Source: Bellilinea caldifistulae (GTDB lineage: Bacteria; Chloroflexota; Anaerolineae; Anaerolineales; Anaerolineaceae). From it: a stretch of DNA of 32,000 nt. The translations under genes were made by a program, and so were the position numbers. The notes under the pieces were generated by a model. It was not told the DNA's origin. It ran no database searches and worked only from the letters and a program-made list of their open reading frames with translations. Of this stretch, positions 13,534-21,924 are shown piece after piece; positions within the stretch are counted from its first letter, which is position 1, and each line of letters opens with the position of its first letter. Where the stretch lies: contig NZ_LGHJ01000015.1 in the NCBI RefSeq assembly GCF_001306055.1, forward strand, positions 109,518 through 141,517, read 5' to 3'.

Positions 13534-15135
13534 TCAAGGCGCACCGGTGCGTTGAACATTTCCGCGTCCGGTCGCCCACAGAAGACGAGCCTGAGCCGTA
13601 CCGGGTAAATCATAAACCACCACGCCGGAATAAGCCGTATTGAGGACAACTTCGAGGTCGTTATCGTTATCCACATTGGCCAGTGTCGGTGCCGGCAAAG
13701 CACCGTTCCAGTTGCCGTTGCGGCCGGCTGGCAGATCAACGGTAAAAATCGGCATACCAAAGGCGTTCAGAATGTGTAATTTTCCGGTACGGTTGCTTCC
13801 TTTTTGAGGCCACGAGGTAAAAATGACCTCGGCTGAACCGTCATCATCGAGATCGGCAACAACCGGTTCTGAGGCAAACTGGTAGAAACCCTCGGCAGGG
13901 TTGTAAACCGAATACGGCCAGGAGCCGTGCTCGGTTTTGTCCAGCCAGAAGGCATGCAGATGACCATCGTACGAAGCAAACAGAATTTCCTTGAGTCCGT
14001 CGCCGTCTAAATCGGCCAGCACCGGGTTGGGGAGTGCCGATTCGATCCGGTTGTAATCTTCGCTCAACGGTGTGCCGGTGTCGACAGGGGTGGTGCGCCA
14101 GTCGAAACCACCCCCGTTGAAACGGGTACGGTCGGCGTTAAAGATAAACGGTCCGTAATAGCGGGATTGGTAAGGATCTTTGGAACAGTCATACACATTC
14201 CCGACAACCACAATTTCCATCTGCCCGTCGTTGTTCAGGTCGGCAATGGATGCTGGTGAGTTGGCAAAGTTGGGGCGGTAATTTTCGGAGCGCGGGCGAC
14301 CGTTTTGACAATAGCCCCACGAGCGGGTTTCGACCGTAAGGTCTTCCCAAACGCCAATCCGCCCCCAAACTTTAACGGGATGGTTGGGGTAGGCCGCAGG
14401 ATCAACCGCCAGTGGGCTGCCGTCGGGCTTCAGCCCCAGAATGTAATGGACATCGGTTGGCACGATGATTTCGAGGTGGTCGTCTCCGCTCAGATTGGCG
14501 GCTGAGGGATTGTCGTTGAATACTCCCCAGGCGTAGCCAGAATTTTCGGAGGTGATTTGCGGCCAACCGGGGCGGGTGTTGCCGTTCGCATCCAGCACCC
14601 ATGTGCTGGTACGGCTGCCGATGGCGGCGGTGACGATCAATTCGAGGCTGGAATGGTCACCGTCCAGATCGGCTGCCAGCAAGCCGCGTAGCTCGGCGGA
14701 GGAAGGCTGGTGTTCCCATTTCAAAGTTCCGCTCAGCGTGTAAGCCGTCACCCAGCCTCCGCCCTGGGCAACTACAATCTCAGCGGCGCCATCACGCTCC
14801 AGGTCGGCCAGGACGATGCCCGGCCAGGTGCGGCCGCCTTTGGGGTCAACCCGCCACTGTAACTGACCGGTTTCGCCATCCAGCGCCCAGAGGGTGTATG
14901 CCGAGGCGATGATCTCGGCTTGCGGGTCACCATCAAGGTTGATGACCGCCGGTGAGGAGTACCAGCCGGTTTCGCACCATGAATTGTAGCAGCCGCCGTA
15001 AGCCCATTTTAACTGCGGGGCGCTCAACCCACGTGAAATGAAAGGTAAATACAGCGGGTGATCGCCGCTTTCGGCATGTACCGAAGCCGGAAGAAGCAGC
15101 ACAAGCGCAATGAGAAGACCTGACCTTAGTTTCAT
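13534..15135 (-). CDS. Secreted FG-GAP/VCBS-repeat beta-propeller protein
   Basis: Signal peptide 'MKLRSGLLIALVLLLPASVHA'. Eight Ca-loop-like repeats: NLDGDPQAEII, DLERDGAAEIVV, DLDGDHSSLELIV, NLSGDDHLEIIV, DLNNDGQMEIVVV, DLDGDGLKEILF, DLDDDGSAEVIF, NVDNDNDLEVVL. Confidence 0.85.
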   Translation of the reverse strand: MKLRSGLLIALVLLLPASVHAESGDHPLYLPFISRGLSAPQLKWAYGGCYNSWCETGWYSSPAVINLDGDPQAEIIASAYTLWALDGETGQLQWRVDPKGGRTWPGIVLADLERDGAAEIVVAQGGGWVTAYTLSGTLKWEHQPSSAELRGLLAADLDGDHSSLELIVTAAIGSRTSTWVLDANGNTRPGWPQITSENSGYAWGVFNDNPSAANLSGDDHLEIIVPTDVHYILGLKPDGSPLAVDPAAYPNHPVKVWGRIGVWEDLTVETRSWGYCQNGRPRSENYRPNFANSPASIADLNNDGQMEIVVVGNVYDCSKDPYQSRYYGPFIFNADRTRFNGGGFDWRTTPVDTGTPLSEDYNRIESALPNPVLADLDGDGLKEILFASYDGHLHAFWLDKTEHGSWPYSVYNPAEGFYQFASEPVVADLDDDGSAEVIFTSWPQKGSNRTGKLHILNAFGMPIFTVDLPAGRNGNWNGALPAPTLANVDNDNDLEVVLNTAYSGVVVYDLPGTAQARLLWATGRGNVQRTGAP

Positions 15136-15193
15136 GGTGACCTGCCGGAAGCAATAAAAGGGAGTCCATTCCCCGGCGATGAAGTGGGGAAGT

Positions 15194-15628
15194 TCAACCC
15201 GTTCTTCTGCCCCGGTTTAGCGAGGATTGGAGCGCTTTTAATCCTTCCCAGTCACCGCTGGCGGCCAGAGCGGCTTGTTCGGGCCAGGTTGCCGGGTCGG
15301 AAAGACGGTTGCCGGCGGCGATCAACAGTCGTTTCAATTCTGCTGGCGGCAAAGCAGCCAGCTGCTCAAAGCGGGTGATGCCTGCGGCGTGTAAAACGGC
15401 TGCCACCTTTGGGCCAATTCCCTCAATCAGGGTCAGGTCATCCGCAGCGGAGGGCGTGCGACCGGCGGGGACTTCTTCCAGCAGGATGGGTTGGGAGGGA
15501 TGGGTGAGGGATTTGCGCCGCCCGCTGAGTAATAATGCCAGTACTCCTGTTAGAAAGAAAACGAGCGGGAATAACCGAAAATATCTTCTGACCCGGAAAG
15601 TGTTTTCACGGCCGACTTTTGGAATCAT
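15194..15628 (-). CDS. Membrane-anchored helix-hairpin-helix (COG3743-like) protein
   Basis: N-terminal TM 'LFPLVFFLTGVLALLL', then 'DDLTLIEGIGPKVAAVLHAAGITRFEQLAALPPAEL' (HhH), then 'DPATWPEQAALAASGDW'. Confidence 0.7.
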   Translation of the reverse strand: MIPKVGRENTFRVRRYFRLFPLVFFLTGVLALLLSGRRKSLTHPSQPILLEEVPAGRTPSAADDLTLIEGIGPKVAAVLHAAGITRFEQLAALPPAELKRLLIAAGNRLSDPATWPEQAALAASGDWEGLKALQSSLNRGRRTG

Positions 15629-15705
15629 GACAGTTTCCTTTTCTCTTACCTCCTATTTTAGCGTGAATTCGGTTTAAGGGCAAAACTGTTCTGGTAGGCC
15701 AAATG

Positions 15706-15764
15706 CCCCCACCTGCACCTCCCCTAAAAATCGCCGTAGCGAGATGGGGAGAGGCAGGTGGGGG
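15706..15764 (-). terminator. Long imperfect hairpin downstream of the hydrolase operon
   Basis: 19-nt arms CCCCCACCTGCACCTCCCC / GGGGAGAGGCAGGTGGGGG (17/19 complementary) with a 21-nt loop, 41 nt past the stop at 15805. No clear T-tract. Confidence 0.35.
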
Positions 15765-15804
15765 ACAGGAGTGTTTTGTGTAATCCGTGTTCCGAAACGC
15801 ACCT

Positions 15805-17127
15805 TCAGCGGGGATAAGTTTCGGCCAGCACCGTATTGACCATCAGGTCGTGGAACAGGTCGGCTTCCTGCCAGATCATGCCGTGACCGGATTCCTCAAA
15901 GTGAAACATCTGTTTGAGGGGGGCTTGAAGCGCTTCGAAGTACTCTTCCGGCAGCGGCGAGGGGTTGTTCATGTCGTGGCGGCCCTGAATCAGGTAAACC
16001 GGCACTTTCAATCGGGCGGCATCCACCCGAAAATCCATTTCCTGCAATTGCGGATATACCCGATTGAAGGTGTTCATCAAGCCCAACAGGTAGTAAACCC
16101 GGTCCAGCCAGCCGTATTCGGGCTGTTTGAGCATCAGTAAAATGGCGTCACCATTCTGGCGGTAGTCTTCGCTGCGGATGCGGGGTACCTCAAACCAGGC
16201 GTATTCACGACCAAAGAGGGTAGCGTAGGGTTGAATGGGGCTTTTCCCAAAGTATGGGGGGCGTCCCTGTTTTTGCAAGGTGTTCACGAAGGCGCTGTCG
16301 CCAATTTTTTGGGCATGGCTGAGGACGATGTCGTAAATCATCTGGTCGGTTTGGCGCAAGTTGACCATTTGGGCGGTGCCGACATAGGCGTGAAATAGAT
16401 CCGGGCGAGCCTGCACCGCGCGAACACCGATAATCGTGCCCCACGAATGCCCCACCAGATAAATTTTTTCCTCCTCAAAACGCTGACGCAGCCAGTCGGT
16501 CAGTTCGATCAGGTCGCTGACGTATTGATCAACGGTGAGGCTGGCAGGCGGGTAGTAAGCCGGGTAGGATTTGCCGCAACCGCGTTGTTCCCAGATGACC
16601 ACCACAAAGTGTTTTTCCAGTTCACTGTTAAAGCGCAGTACCCGCCCGGCTTCACTGCCGCCCGGCCCGCCGGAAAGAAAGAGTAAGACGGGTTTATGGA
16701 TGTCATGACCGCGGATGATGACCCATTGGTCGGTTCCGCCCAATTTGACTTTCTCCAACACGGCGATACTCCCGGATAGGGGCTTACCATCCACGCCGAT
16801 GATGGGTGGGGTATGGGCTGACCATTGCGAACCCAGCAGAAAAGCCGTCAGTATGAACAGAATCAGTACCACAAAGATCATTTGTCCTCCAACTTGCTGG
16901 CGATTAAGCCGAAGTGATTTGAAAATTAAGACCCTTATCCCGTTAATCAGGGCAATCAGGCTGGCGAGCAAGGCAATGATCAACAATGTGATCAAAACAA
17001 TGGCTTCAAGCAGCAAACGGGTTTCGGGGGCTAAGAAGCCGCGCAACACACTAAAAAAGGCGGTTACCAGACAAATGGCAATGAGCCCAATGGTGACCGG
17101 TGGAGAAATTCGGATGGGAGATTTCAT
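15805..17127 (-). CDS. Membrane-anchored alpha/beta hydrolase (proline iminopeptidase-like)
   Basis: Three N-terminal TM helices. Nucleophile elbow 'LVGHSWGT', Asp in 'IQGRHDMN', His in 'ESGHGM'. 'LLFLSGGPGGS' is an oxyanion-type motif. Confidence 0.85.
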   Translation of the reverse strand: MKSPIRISPPVTIGLIAICLVTAFFSVLRGFLAPETRLLLEAIVLITLLIIALLASLIALINGIRVLIFKSLRLNRQQVGGQMIFVVLILFILTAFLLGSQWSAHTPPIIGVDGKPLSGSIAVLEKVKLGGTDQWVIIRGHDIHKPVLLFLSGGPGGSEAGRVLRFNSELEKHFVVVIWEQRGCGKSYPAYYPPASLTVDQYVSDLIELTDWLRQRFEEEKIYLVGHSWGTIIGVRAVQARPDLFHAYVGTAQMVNLRQTDQMIYDIVLSHAQKIGDSAFVNTLQKQGRPPYFGKSPIQPYATLFGREYAWFEVPRIRSEDYRQNGDAILLMLKQPEYGWLDRVYYLLGLMNTFNRVYPQLQEMDFRVDAARLKVPVYLIQGRHDMNNPSPLPEEYFEALQAPLKQMFHFEESGHGMIWQEADLFHDLMVNTVLAETYPR

Positions 17128-17129
17128 TA

Positions 17130-17378
17130 TTATTTCCTTTCGGGATTAAGGTCGGATGAAATGGGGGCAGCCTTCACATCGAGCAATTCTATGCCGAGGT
17201 CGAAGATGCGATTGAGAACGCCATGTAAGCCGGCTTGATCCAGTACGGCCTGGATGACGGTCACTTCATCATCCGGCTGGCGGCTGATGGTCAAGCCGTC
17301 AAACCAGCGCAGCCAGCGTTCGTCTAACTGCCCCCTGACACGGATGGAATATAACTGTGAGCGGGTAGAGGGGGTCAT
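17130..17378 (-). CDS. Small (82 aa) conserved-looking hypothetical protein
   Basis: Start set at the ATG at 17378 ('MTPSTRSQLYSIRVRGQLDERWLRWFDGLTI...DQAGLHGVLNRIFDLGIELLDV'). The longer track ORF (to 17558) overlaps the lipoprotein gene. From memory this resembles an uncharacterised small-protein family; not verified. Confidence 0.55.
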   Translation of the reverse strand: MTPSTRSQLYSIRVRGQLDERWLRWFDGLTISRQPDDEVTVIQAVLDQAGLHGVLNRIFDLGIELLDVKAAPISSDLNPERK

Positions 17379-17385
17379 TTCCTGC

Positions 17386-17904
17386 CTACTCAAAGGAAGC
17401 CAGTAAGGCGTTGAGGGTTTCTTCGTTCCAGCGTGAAAGCGGTTCGGAATAAACCAGTAGAGCCGGCCCACCATTCCCCGCAAACTGCACCATTGCCTGA
17501 CGATAGCGGAGCTGGTCTCCGTTTGTGCCCTCGCTGATGATGAGCGTGCTTTGCGCACCTCGGATGATTACCGGGCGGTTTTCCAGCACGGTGGTGCGTT
17601 GTTTGAAGTCGCTTGCACCCGGCAGCAGATCGTTCAGGACGCCGGAGAGTCTGGTTTCGTCCTGCTCGTTTTGCGATTGAATCAGGTAGAGGTGGCTTTG
17701 TGGGCTGTTCCCGCTGAAGGAAATCAGGGTGTAGTCCTTAAACTCAACGGTGACTTCCGGCTCAAAACCGGCGGGCGGCTGAAAGACCGAAATCGTTTCG
17801 GCTGCCTGCCAGATTTTCTCGTCCTGCGTATTCAATGAAGCATGACTCCCGCAGGCCGCCAGTAAAAAGGTTAACAGACTGATCGTAAATGTTTTAATTT
17901 TCAT
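17386..17904 (-). CDS. Putative lipoprotein, function unknown
   Basis: AGGAG SD 5 nt upstream of the ATG. Signal peptide with lipobox 'LLAAC' ('MKIKTFTISLLTFLLAACGS'). Confidence 0.75.
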   Translation of the reverse strand: MKIKTFTISLLTFLLAACGSHASLNTQDEKIWQAAETISVFQPPAGFEPEVTVEFKDYTLISFSGNSPQSHLYLIQSQNEQDETRLSGVLNDLLPGASDFKQRTTVLENRPVIIRGAQSTLIISEGTNGDQLRYRQAMVQFAGNGGPALLVYSEPLSRWNEETLNALLASFE

Positions 17905-17980
17905 GGTTACTCCTGGCTGATTGAAAAATCTATTTTGTCACTCGACAGTCTCAGTGTAGCCGAAGGGGGTGGGTTTGTCC

Positions 17981-17996
17981 CCTATCCGCGGATAGG
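17981..17996. promoter_or_regulatory. Perfect 16-bp palindrome CCTATCCGCGGATAGG plus adjacent GG[AG]TAGGTT direct repeat (candidate operator)
   Basis: Lies 77-92 nt upstream of the lipoprotein ATG and just downstream of the MalT-like gene terminator. GGATAGGTT at 17990-17998 and GGGTAGGTT at 18003-18011. Confidence 0.3.
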
Positions 17997-18018
17997 TTGG
18001 GTGGGTAGGTTAAAGTCA

Positions 18019-18042
18019 AACAAGCCGTGTTTACGGCTTGTT
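18019..18042 (-). terminator. Hairpin terminator after the MalT-like regulator
   Basis: Perfect 10-bp stem AACAAGCCGT / ACGGCTTGTT with a 4-nt loop, 20 nt after the stop. On the minus strand it is followed by TGACTTTAACC, a modest T content. Confidence 0.5.
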
Positions 18043-18061
18043 GAGCGGATACCGGATTTTT

Positions 18062-20701
18062 TTACAACCCCAAATCGCGGGCGCGGATGATCGCCTGAGC
18101 GCGGTTCGTAACCCCCAATTTTTGTAGAACATTGTGGACATGCCACTTGGCCGTTCCCACGCTGATCACCAATTCCGCAGCAATCTCCCGATTGGACTTT
18201 CCGGCGGCGATCAATTTCAGCACACGAATTTCCTGCTCACTGAGCAGATTGAGCAACTCATCTTCCGGGCTGGATTTTGGGGCGAGTGGTTTATCGGTGA
18301 GTTCCAGTAGAGAGTCCACAAACCGGGGGGCAGCCGGTCGGGCTTTGGATAATAATTCGCGCAGGGTTTGTCCTTCGCTCACAAACGGGCGGGCATGGTG
18401 GTATGGGGCAGCCATTTGCAGCGCTTTTTCCAGCCATTCCAGCGCGGCCGGGGTGCGATGCCGGGCGGCCTCGTTCTCTGCCAGCAGAATCATGGCTTCG
18501 ATGGCGGACGGCCGGTGTCCTTTCTGGATGGCTTTGTCCAGTATCGAGTGGATCAGGTTCAAGAAGATTTCCTGCCGGTTGGCGGTCAGCAAAATCCGTG
18601 CAGCGCACAGCCACTCAAAATCAGTGCTGGTTTGCGGTGGATGAACGAGAAAGTTTTCTGTCCACTGAAGGGCGCCATCCAGTTGACCGGTGAGACCTTG
18701 TAAGTAAGCCTGATAGGCCTCCGCCATTTTCATCATCGGATGATGGGGAGAGTTGGAGAGCAAAGCGCGGATTTCTGCCAGTGTGGCGATTGCCGCCGTT
18801 GGATTGCCCTTCGTCTCCCACAAGCGGGCCTGAAAGGCGAGACCCGTAGCCAGATCGTCGCGGATGCCCCCTTGTCTGGAAAGAGAAATGCCCTCGTTGA
18901 GCAGGGTTTCGGCTTGTTGGAGACGGCAGCGTTCCAGGGCAATGCCGCCCCGCAGCGATAGTGCCCAGCCCAGCGGCGGCAGGCGTTGATTACCGGCGGT
19001 TTGAACGGCGTTCTGACACCATTTTTCTGCTTCATCCAGGTTGCCGTTTTGAAAATGAATCTGTGCAGCAGCACACAGCCCGTGAATTGCCAGAAAGAGC
19101 ACCCCGGCGGCCTGAGCGGACTGACTGGCTTGCAGGTAGCAGGCAATTGCCTGCTGATTTTCTTCCAATGAAGCATAAGCCATGCCCAGCCCGTACAGTG
19201 CGCGAGCCTGGAGCAGGTGCTGGTCGGGCGGCAGGGTTTGACGGGCAAAAGTAATCTGTTGAATTGCCTCGACAGGATTATTGCGAGCCGAGGCAATTGC
19301 TCCACGGTAGAGGGCGAGCATTGCGCGCAGTTGATTTTGACGGTAAGGGTCTGCTTCGGATGGGGTGCTGAGGCTGCTTTCGACTCGGGCGAGGTGTGCT
19401 TCAGCCTCTTCGAGCTGGCCTGCCAGATAGTAAACTCGCGAGGCATGCAGGCTCAAATCGGGGTGCTTTGTGAAGATCATCGGCGGCAGCCGCTCCAGCC
19501 ATCCCAACCACTCGGCTAAATTTCCTCCCGACCAGGTCTCATCTTTACTCAGGGCTTCTTCAATGATTTGGGCAGCAAAGGCCATGTCGCCGCTGGATAA
19601 AGCATAGCGGACAGCCAGTTCACTCTGGCTTTGACCGGCATGCCAGCGGGCAGCTTGCCGGCATAAATCTGCCCGATCATCCCGATCCAACAGATTTTGC
19701 AGGTATTCGGAAAACAGGTGGTGATAGCGATACCACTCGCGTTGGTCGTCCAGGGGGATGAGAAACAGGTTGGCCTGCTCGATACGCCCAAGGATCAATT
19801 CAGCATCCTCACGACCGGTCAAAGCCCGGCAGAGATCAGCATTGAAACGGCTCAGCAGGCTGGTGCGGATGAGAAAGGAGCGCAGGTCATCCGGCTGCTG
19901 GTTGAGCACTTCTTCGGCTAAATAATCCAGAATAAAGCGATGGCTGCCGCGGAAACTTTCCAGAAAAGCGGCGGGGTCAGGGTGGTGCTGCATGGCGAGG
20001 GCGGCCAGTTGCAGACCGACGGCCCAGCCTTCGGTGCGTTCTTGCAAAGTGAGCAGGCTTTGCGGGGCAAGCGAAATTTGAGCAATTTGCTCGAAAAAAA
20101 GACGCACTTCTTCGGGAGTGAAACGCAGATCACCGGCGCGAATCTCGGTCAACTGGCCTCGGGCGCGCAGACGTGCCAGAGGCAGGGCGGGGTCGGCACG
20201 ACTGAGCATAACCAGATGCAGGTTGGGTGGCTGGTGATCCATCAGGTATTCCAGTATTTCCTGAATTTGGGGGTGGCTGAGCCATTGTACATCATCCAGC
20301 ACCAGCAGACTGAGATGAGGGAGCGCATTCAGGCGGTTGAGGATTTCATCCAATAGTCCCGGCAGGGGTGGCAGGTTCCCGGATTCGACAAGGGGCAAGA
20401 ACTGCGTCGGCAGGGACGGATCAAGGGTTTGAAGAGCAGCCAGCCAGTAGCGCAGGAAACGGACGGGTTGGTTGTCATCCTCTTCCAGTGAAAGCCAGCC
20501 CAATTTGATTCCACTACGCAGCGAAGCCAGCCACTCGGCAGCCAGGGTGCTCTTGCCGTAGCCGGCCGGGGCGCAAATCAGGGTCAGGCGGCGGCTTTCC
20601 TGCAGGGCGCGGTTCAATTTCTCCACCAGCCGCGGGCGACGCACGGCATTCACCCGCAGCGGCGGGGGATGGAGTTTGGTGGCCAACAAAGCGGAGGACA
20701 T
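18062..20701 (-). CDS. MalT-like STAND ATPase / LuxR-family transcriptional regulator
   Basis: 'ATKLHPPPLR...RPRL' N-terminus. Walker A 'ICAPAGYGKST', 'LLVLDDVQ' Walker B, a long TPR-like helical region, and a C-terminal LuxR HTH 'LSEQEIRVLKLIAAGKSNREIAAELVISVGTAKWHVHNVLQKLG'. ATG at 20701 lies 2 nt after the ADH stop; the track uses the TTG at 20707. Confidence 0.85.
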   Translation of the reverse strand: MSSALLATKLHPPPLRVNAVRRPRLVEKLNRALQESRRLTLICAPAGYGKSTLAAEWLASLRSGIKLGWLSLEEDDNQPVRFLRYWLAALQTLDPSLPTQFLPLVESGNLPPLPGLLDEILNRLNALPHLSLLVLDDVQWLSHPQIQEILEYLMDHQPPNLHLVMLSRADPALPLARLRARGQLTEIRAGDLRFTPEEVRLFFEQIAQISLAPQSLLTLQERTEGWAVGLQLAALAMQHHPDPAAFLESFRGSHRFILDYLAEEVLNQQPDDLRSFLIRTSLLSRFNADLCRALTGREDAELILGRIEQANLFLIPLDDQREWYRYHHLFSEYLQNLLDRDDRADLCRQAARWHAGQSQSELAVRYALSSGDMAFAAQIIEEALSKDETWSGGNLAEWLGWLERLPPMIFTKHPDLSLHASRVYYLAGQLEEAEAHLARVESSLSTPSEADPYRQNQLRAMLALYRGAIASARNNPVEAIQQITFARQTLPPDQHLLQARALYGLGMAYASLEENQQAIACYLQASQSAQAAGVLFLAIHGLCAAAQIHFQNGNLDEAEKWCQNAVQTAGNQRLPPLGWALSLRGGIALERCRLQQAETLLNEGISLSRQGGIRDDLATGLAFQARLWETKGNPTAAIATLAEIRALLSNSPHHPMMKMAEAYQAYLQGLTGQLDGALQWTENFLVHPPQTSTDFEWLCAARILLTANRQEIFLNLIHSILDKAIQKGHRPSAIEAMILLAENEAARHRTPAALEWLEKALQMAAPYHHARPFVSEGQTLRELLSKARPAAPRFVDSLLELTDKPLAPKSSPEDELLNLLSEQEIRVLKLIAAGKSNREIAAELVISVGTAKWHVHNVLQKLGVTNRAQAIIRARDLGL

Positions 20702-20703
20702 CT

Positions 20704-21732
20704 TCAACCCAATAGTGAGCCAATTTCCAGCACCGCCTCGCCGTTGAGGCGGCTGTATTTCAGGTCGAGCAGGGCTTCATTGGCATCTTCCAGCGGGTAG
20801 GTGACCGTGTCGGGCTGCAGGGGGATTTTGACCGCCAGATCGAGCAGCTCCAGCCCGTCGCGGCGGGTGGCATTCGTCACGCTGGTCAGCACGCGCTCGC
20901 CGTAAATCAGGTCGTAGGGTAGTTCGGGGATGGGGCTGGCATGGACGGCATTGATCGCCAGCACGCCGCCGGGGCGCAGGGCGGCCAGCGCCGGCGGGAC
21001 GATTTCCCCGGCTGGGGCAAAACTGACGGCGCGGTCAAGCGGCTGGGGCGGTGTTTCATCCGGTCGGCCAACCCAGACGGCGCCCAATGCCTCGGCATGC
21101 TGCTGGTGGTTGCGCGAGCGGGTGAACACAAACACCTCGCAGCCCCAGAATTGGGCAATTTGAATGGCAAGATGGGCGCTTGCGCCAAAGCCAAAAAGCC
21201 CCAACCGTTCACCGGGTTGCAGGCCGGCTTTGCGCAGGGCGCGGTAACCGATGATGCCGGCGCACAACAGCGGGGCTGCCTGCCGTTCGGAAAGCCCGGC
21301 CGGCAGGGGAAACACAAAGCGGGCATCGGCGATCATCCAGTCGGCATAACCGCCGTGGGTGTGGAAACCCGTAAAACGCGCCTGCGGGCACAGGTTTTCC
21401 TCGCCACGCAAACAAAAGGCACATTTGCCGCAGGCCTGACCCAGCCAGGCCACCCCCACCCGCTGGCCGATTTCCAATCCTTCCACCCCTTCGCCCAGCA
21501 TCTCAACCAACCCGACTACCTGATGGCCGGGAATGATCGGGTAGCGGGGCGGGATCAATTCCCCTTCGCAGATGTGCAGGTCGGTGCGGCAGACCCCGCA
21601 AGCCTGTACCCGCACCAGCACTTCTCCGCTGGCGGGCTTGAGGATGGGCAAATCCACTGGCTGCAAGGGTAGTTCTTCCACCGCCGCCGGTTTGAGCAGT
21701 TGCATGGCTTGCATGGCTTTTTTACCCTCCAT
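20704..21732 (-). CDS. Zinc-dependent alcohol dehydrogenase (MDR) family protein
   Basis: 'CGVCRTDLHICEGE', 'PGHQVVG' and the structural-zinc 'CGKCAFCLRGEENLC' motifs, plus the 'GLFGFGASAH' Rossmann motif. The real start may be the ATG at 21714 ('MQAMQLL'), which is preceded by GGAGG. Confidence 0.85.
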   Translation of the reverse strand: MEGKKAMQAMQLLKPAAVEELPLQPVDLPILKPASGEVLVRVQACGVCRTDLHICEGELIPPRYPIIPGHQVVGLVEMLGEGVEGLEIGQRVGVAWLGQACGKCAFCLRGEENLCPQARFTGFHTHGGYADWMIADARFVFPLPAGLSERQAAPLLCAGIIGYRALRKAGLQPGERLGLFGFGASAHLAIQIAQFWGCEVFVFTRSRNHQQHAEALGAVWVGRPDETPPQPLDRAVSFAPAGEIVPPALAALRPGGVLAINAVHASPIPELPYDLIYGERVLTSVTNATRRDGLELLDLAVKIPLQPDTVTYPLEDANEALLDLKYSRLNGEAVLEIGSLLG

Positions 21733-21865
21733 AAAGTCAAGATGGATAATCAGGGCTGTTCATTGAACATCTTATCACGAAATCTCCTTGCCGATTTATC
21801 AAAGCAATTTTTTCGGAAAAGGATAAAAGAGACATTATTTTTACGGTGTATTTTAAATTGAGGGA

Positions 21866-21893
21866 TTGTCAAATTTTCTCTGTTTGCTAAAAT
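21866..21893 (+). promoter_or_regulatory. Candidate promoter TTGTCA-16-TAAAAT for the YfhO-like gene
   Basis: Located in the AT-rich divergent intergenic region. TTGTCA at 21866-21871, TAAAAT at 21888-21893, ATG at 21925 preceded by GGGGG. Confidence 0.4.
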
Positions 21894-21924
21894 CTTGGTA
21901 GGAATTTGTTTCGGGGGCTAGCGT

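Noticed and set aside
13537-13552. 12-bp perfect palindrome CGCACCGGTGCG at the 3' end of the FG-GAP gene
   Set aside because: It lies inside the coding sequence (…RTGAP*), has no loop so cannot form a hairpin, and is short enough to occur by chance in GC-rich DNA.
17379-17558. Long version (142 aa) of the small ORF 17130..17558
   Set aside because: It overlaps the 3' end of the lipoprotein gene in another frame with Ser/Arg-rich sequence. The conserved-looking part starts at the ATG at 17378.
18132-21672. Numerous plus-strand and alternative-frame ORFs inside the MalT-like and ADH genes (e.g. 18733..19446, 19940..20356, 20941..21672)
   Set aside because: These are high-GC shadow ORFs. The annotated frames carry Walker A/B, LuxR HTH and Zn-ADH signatures.
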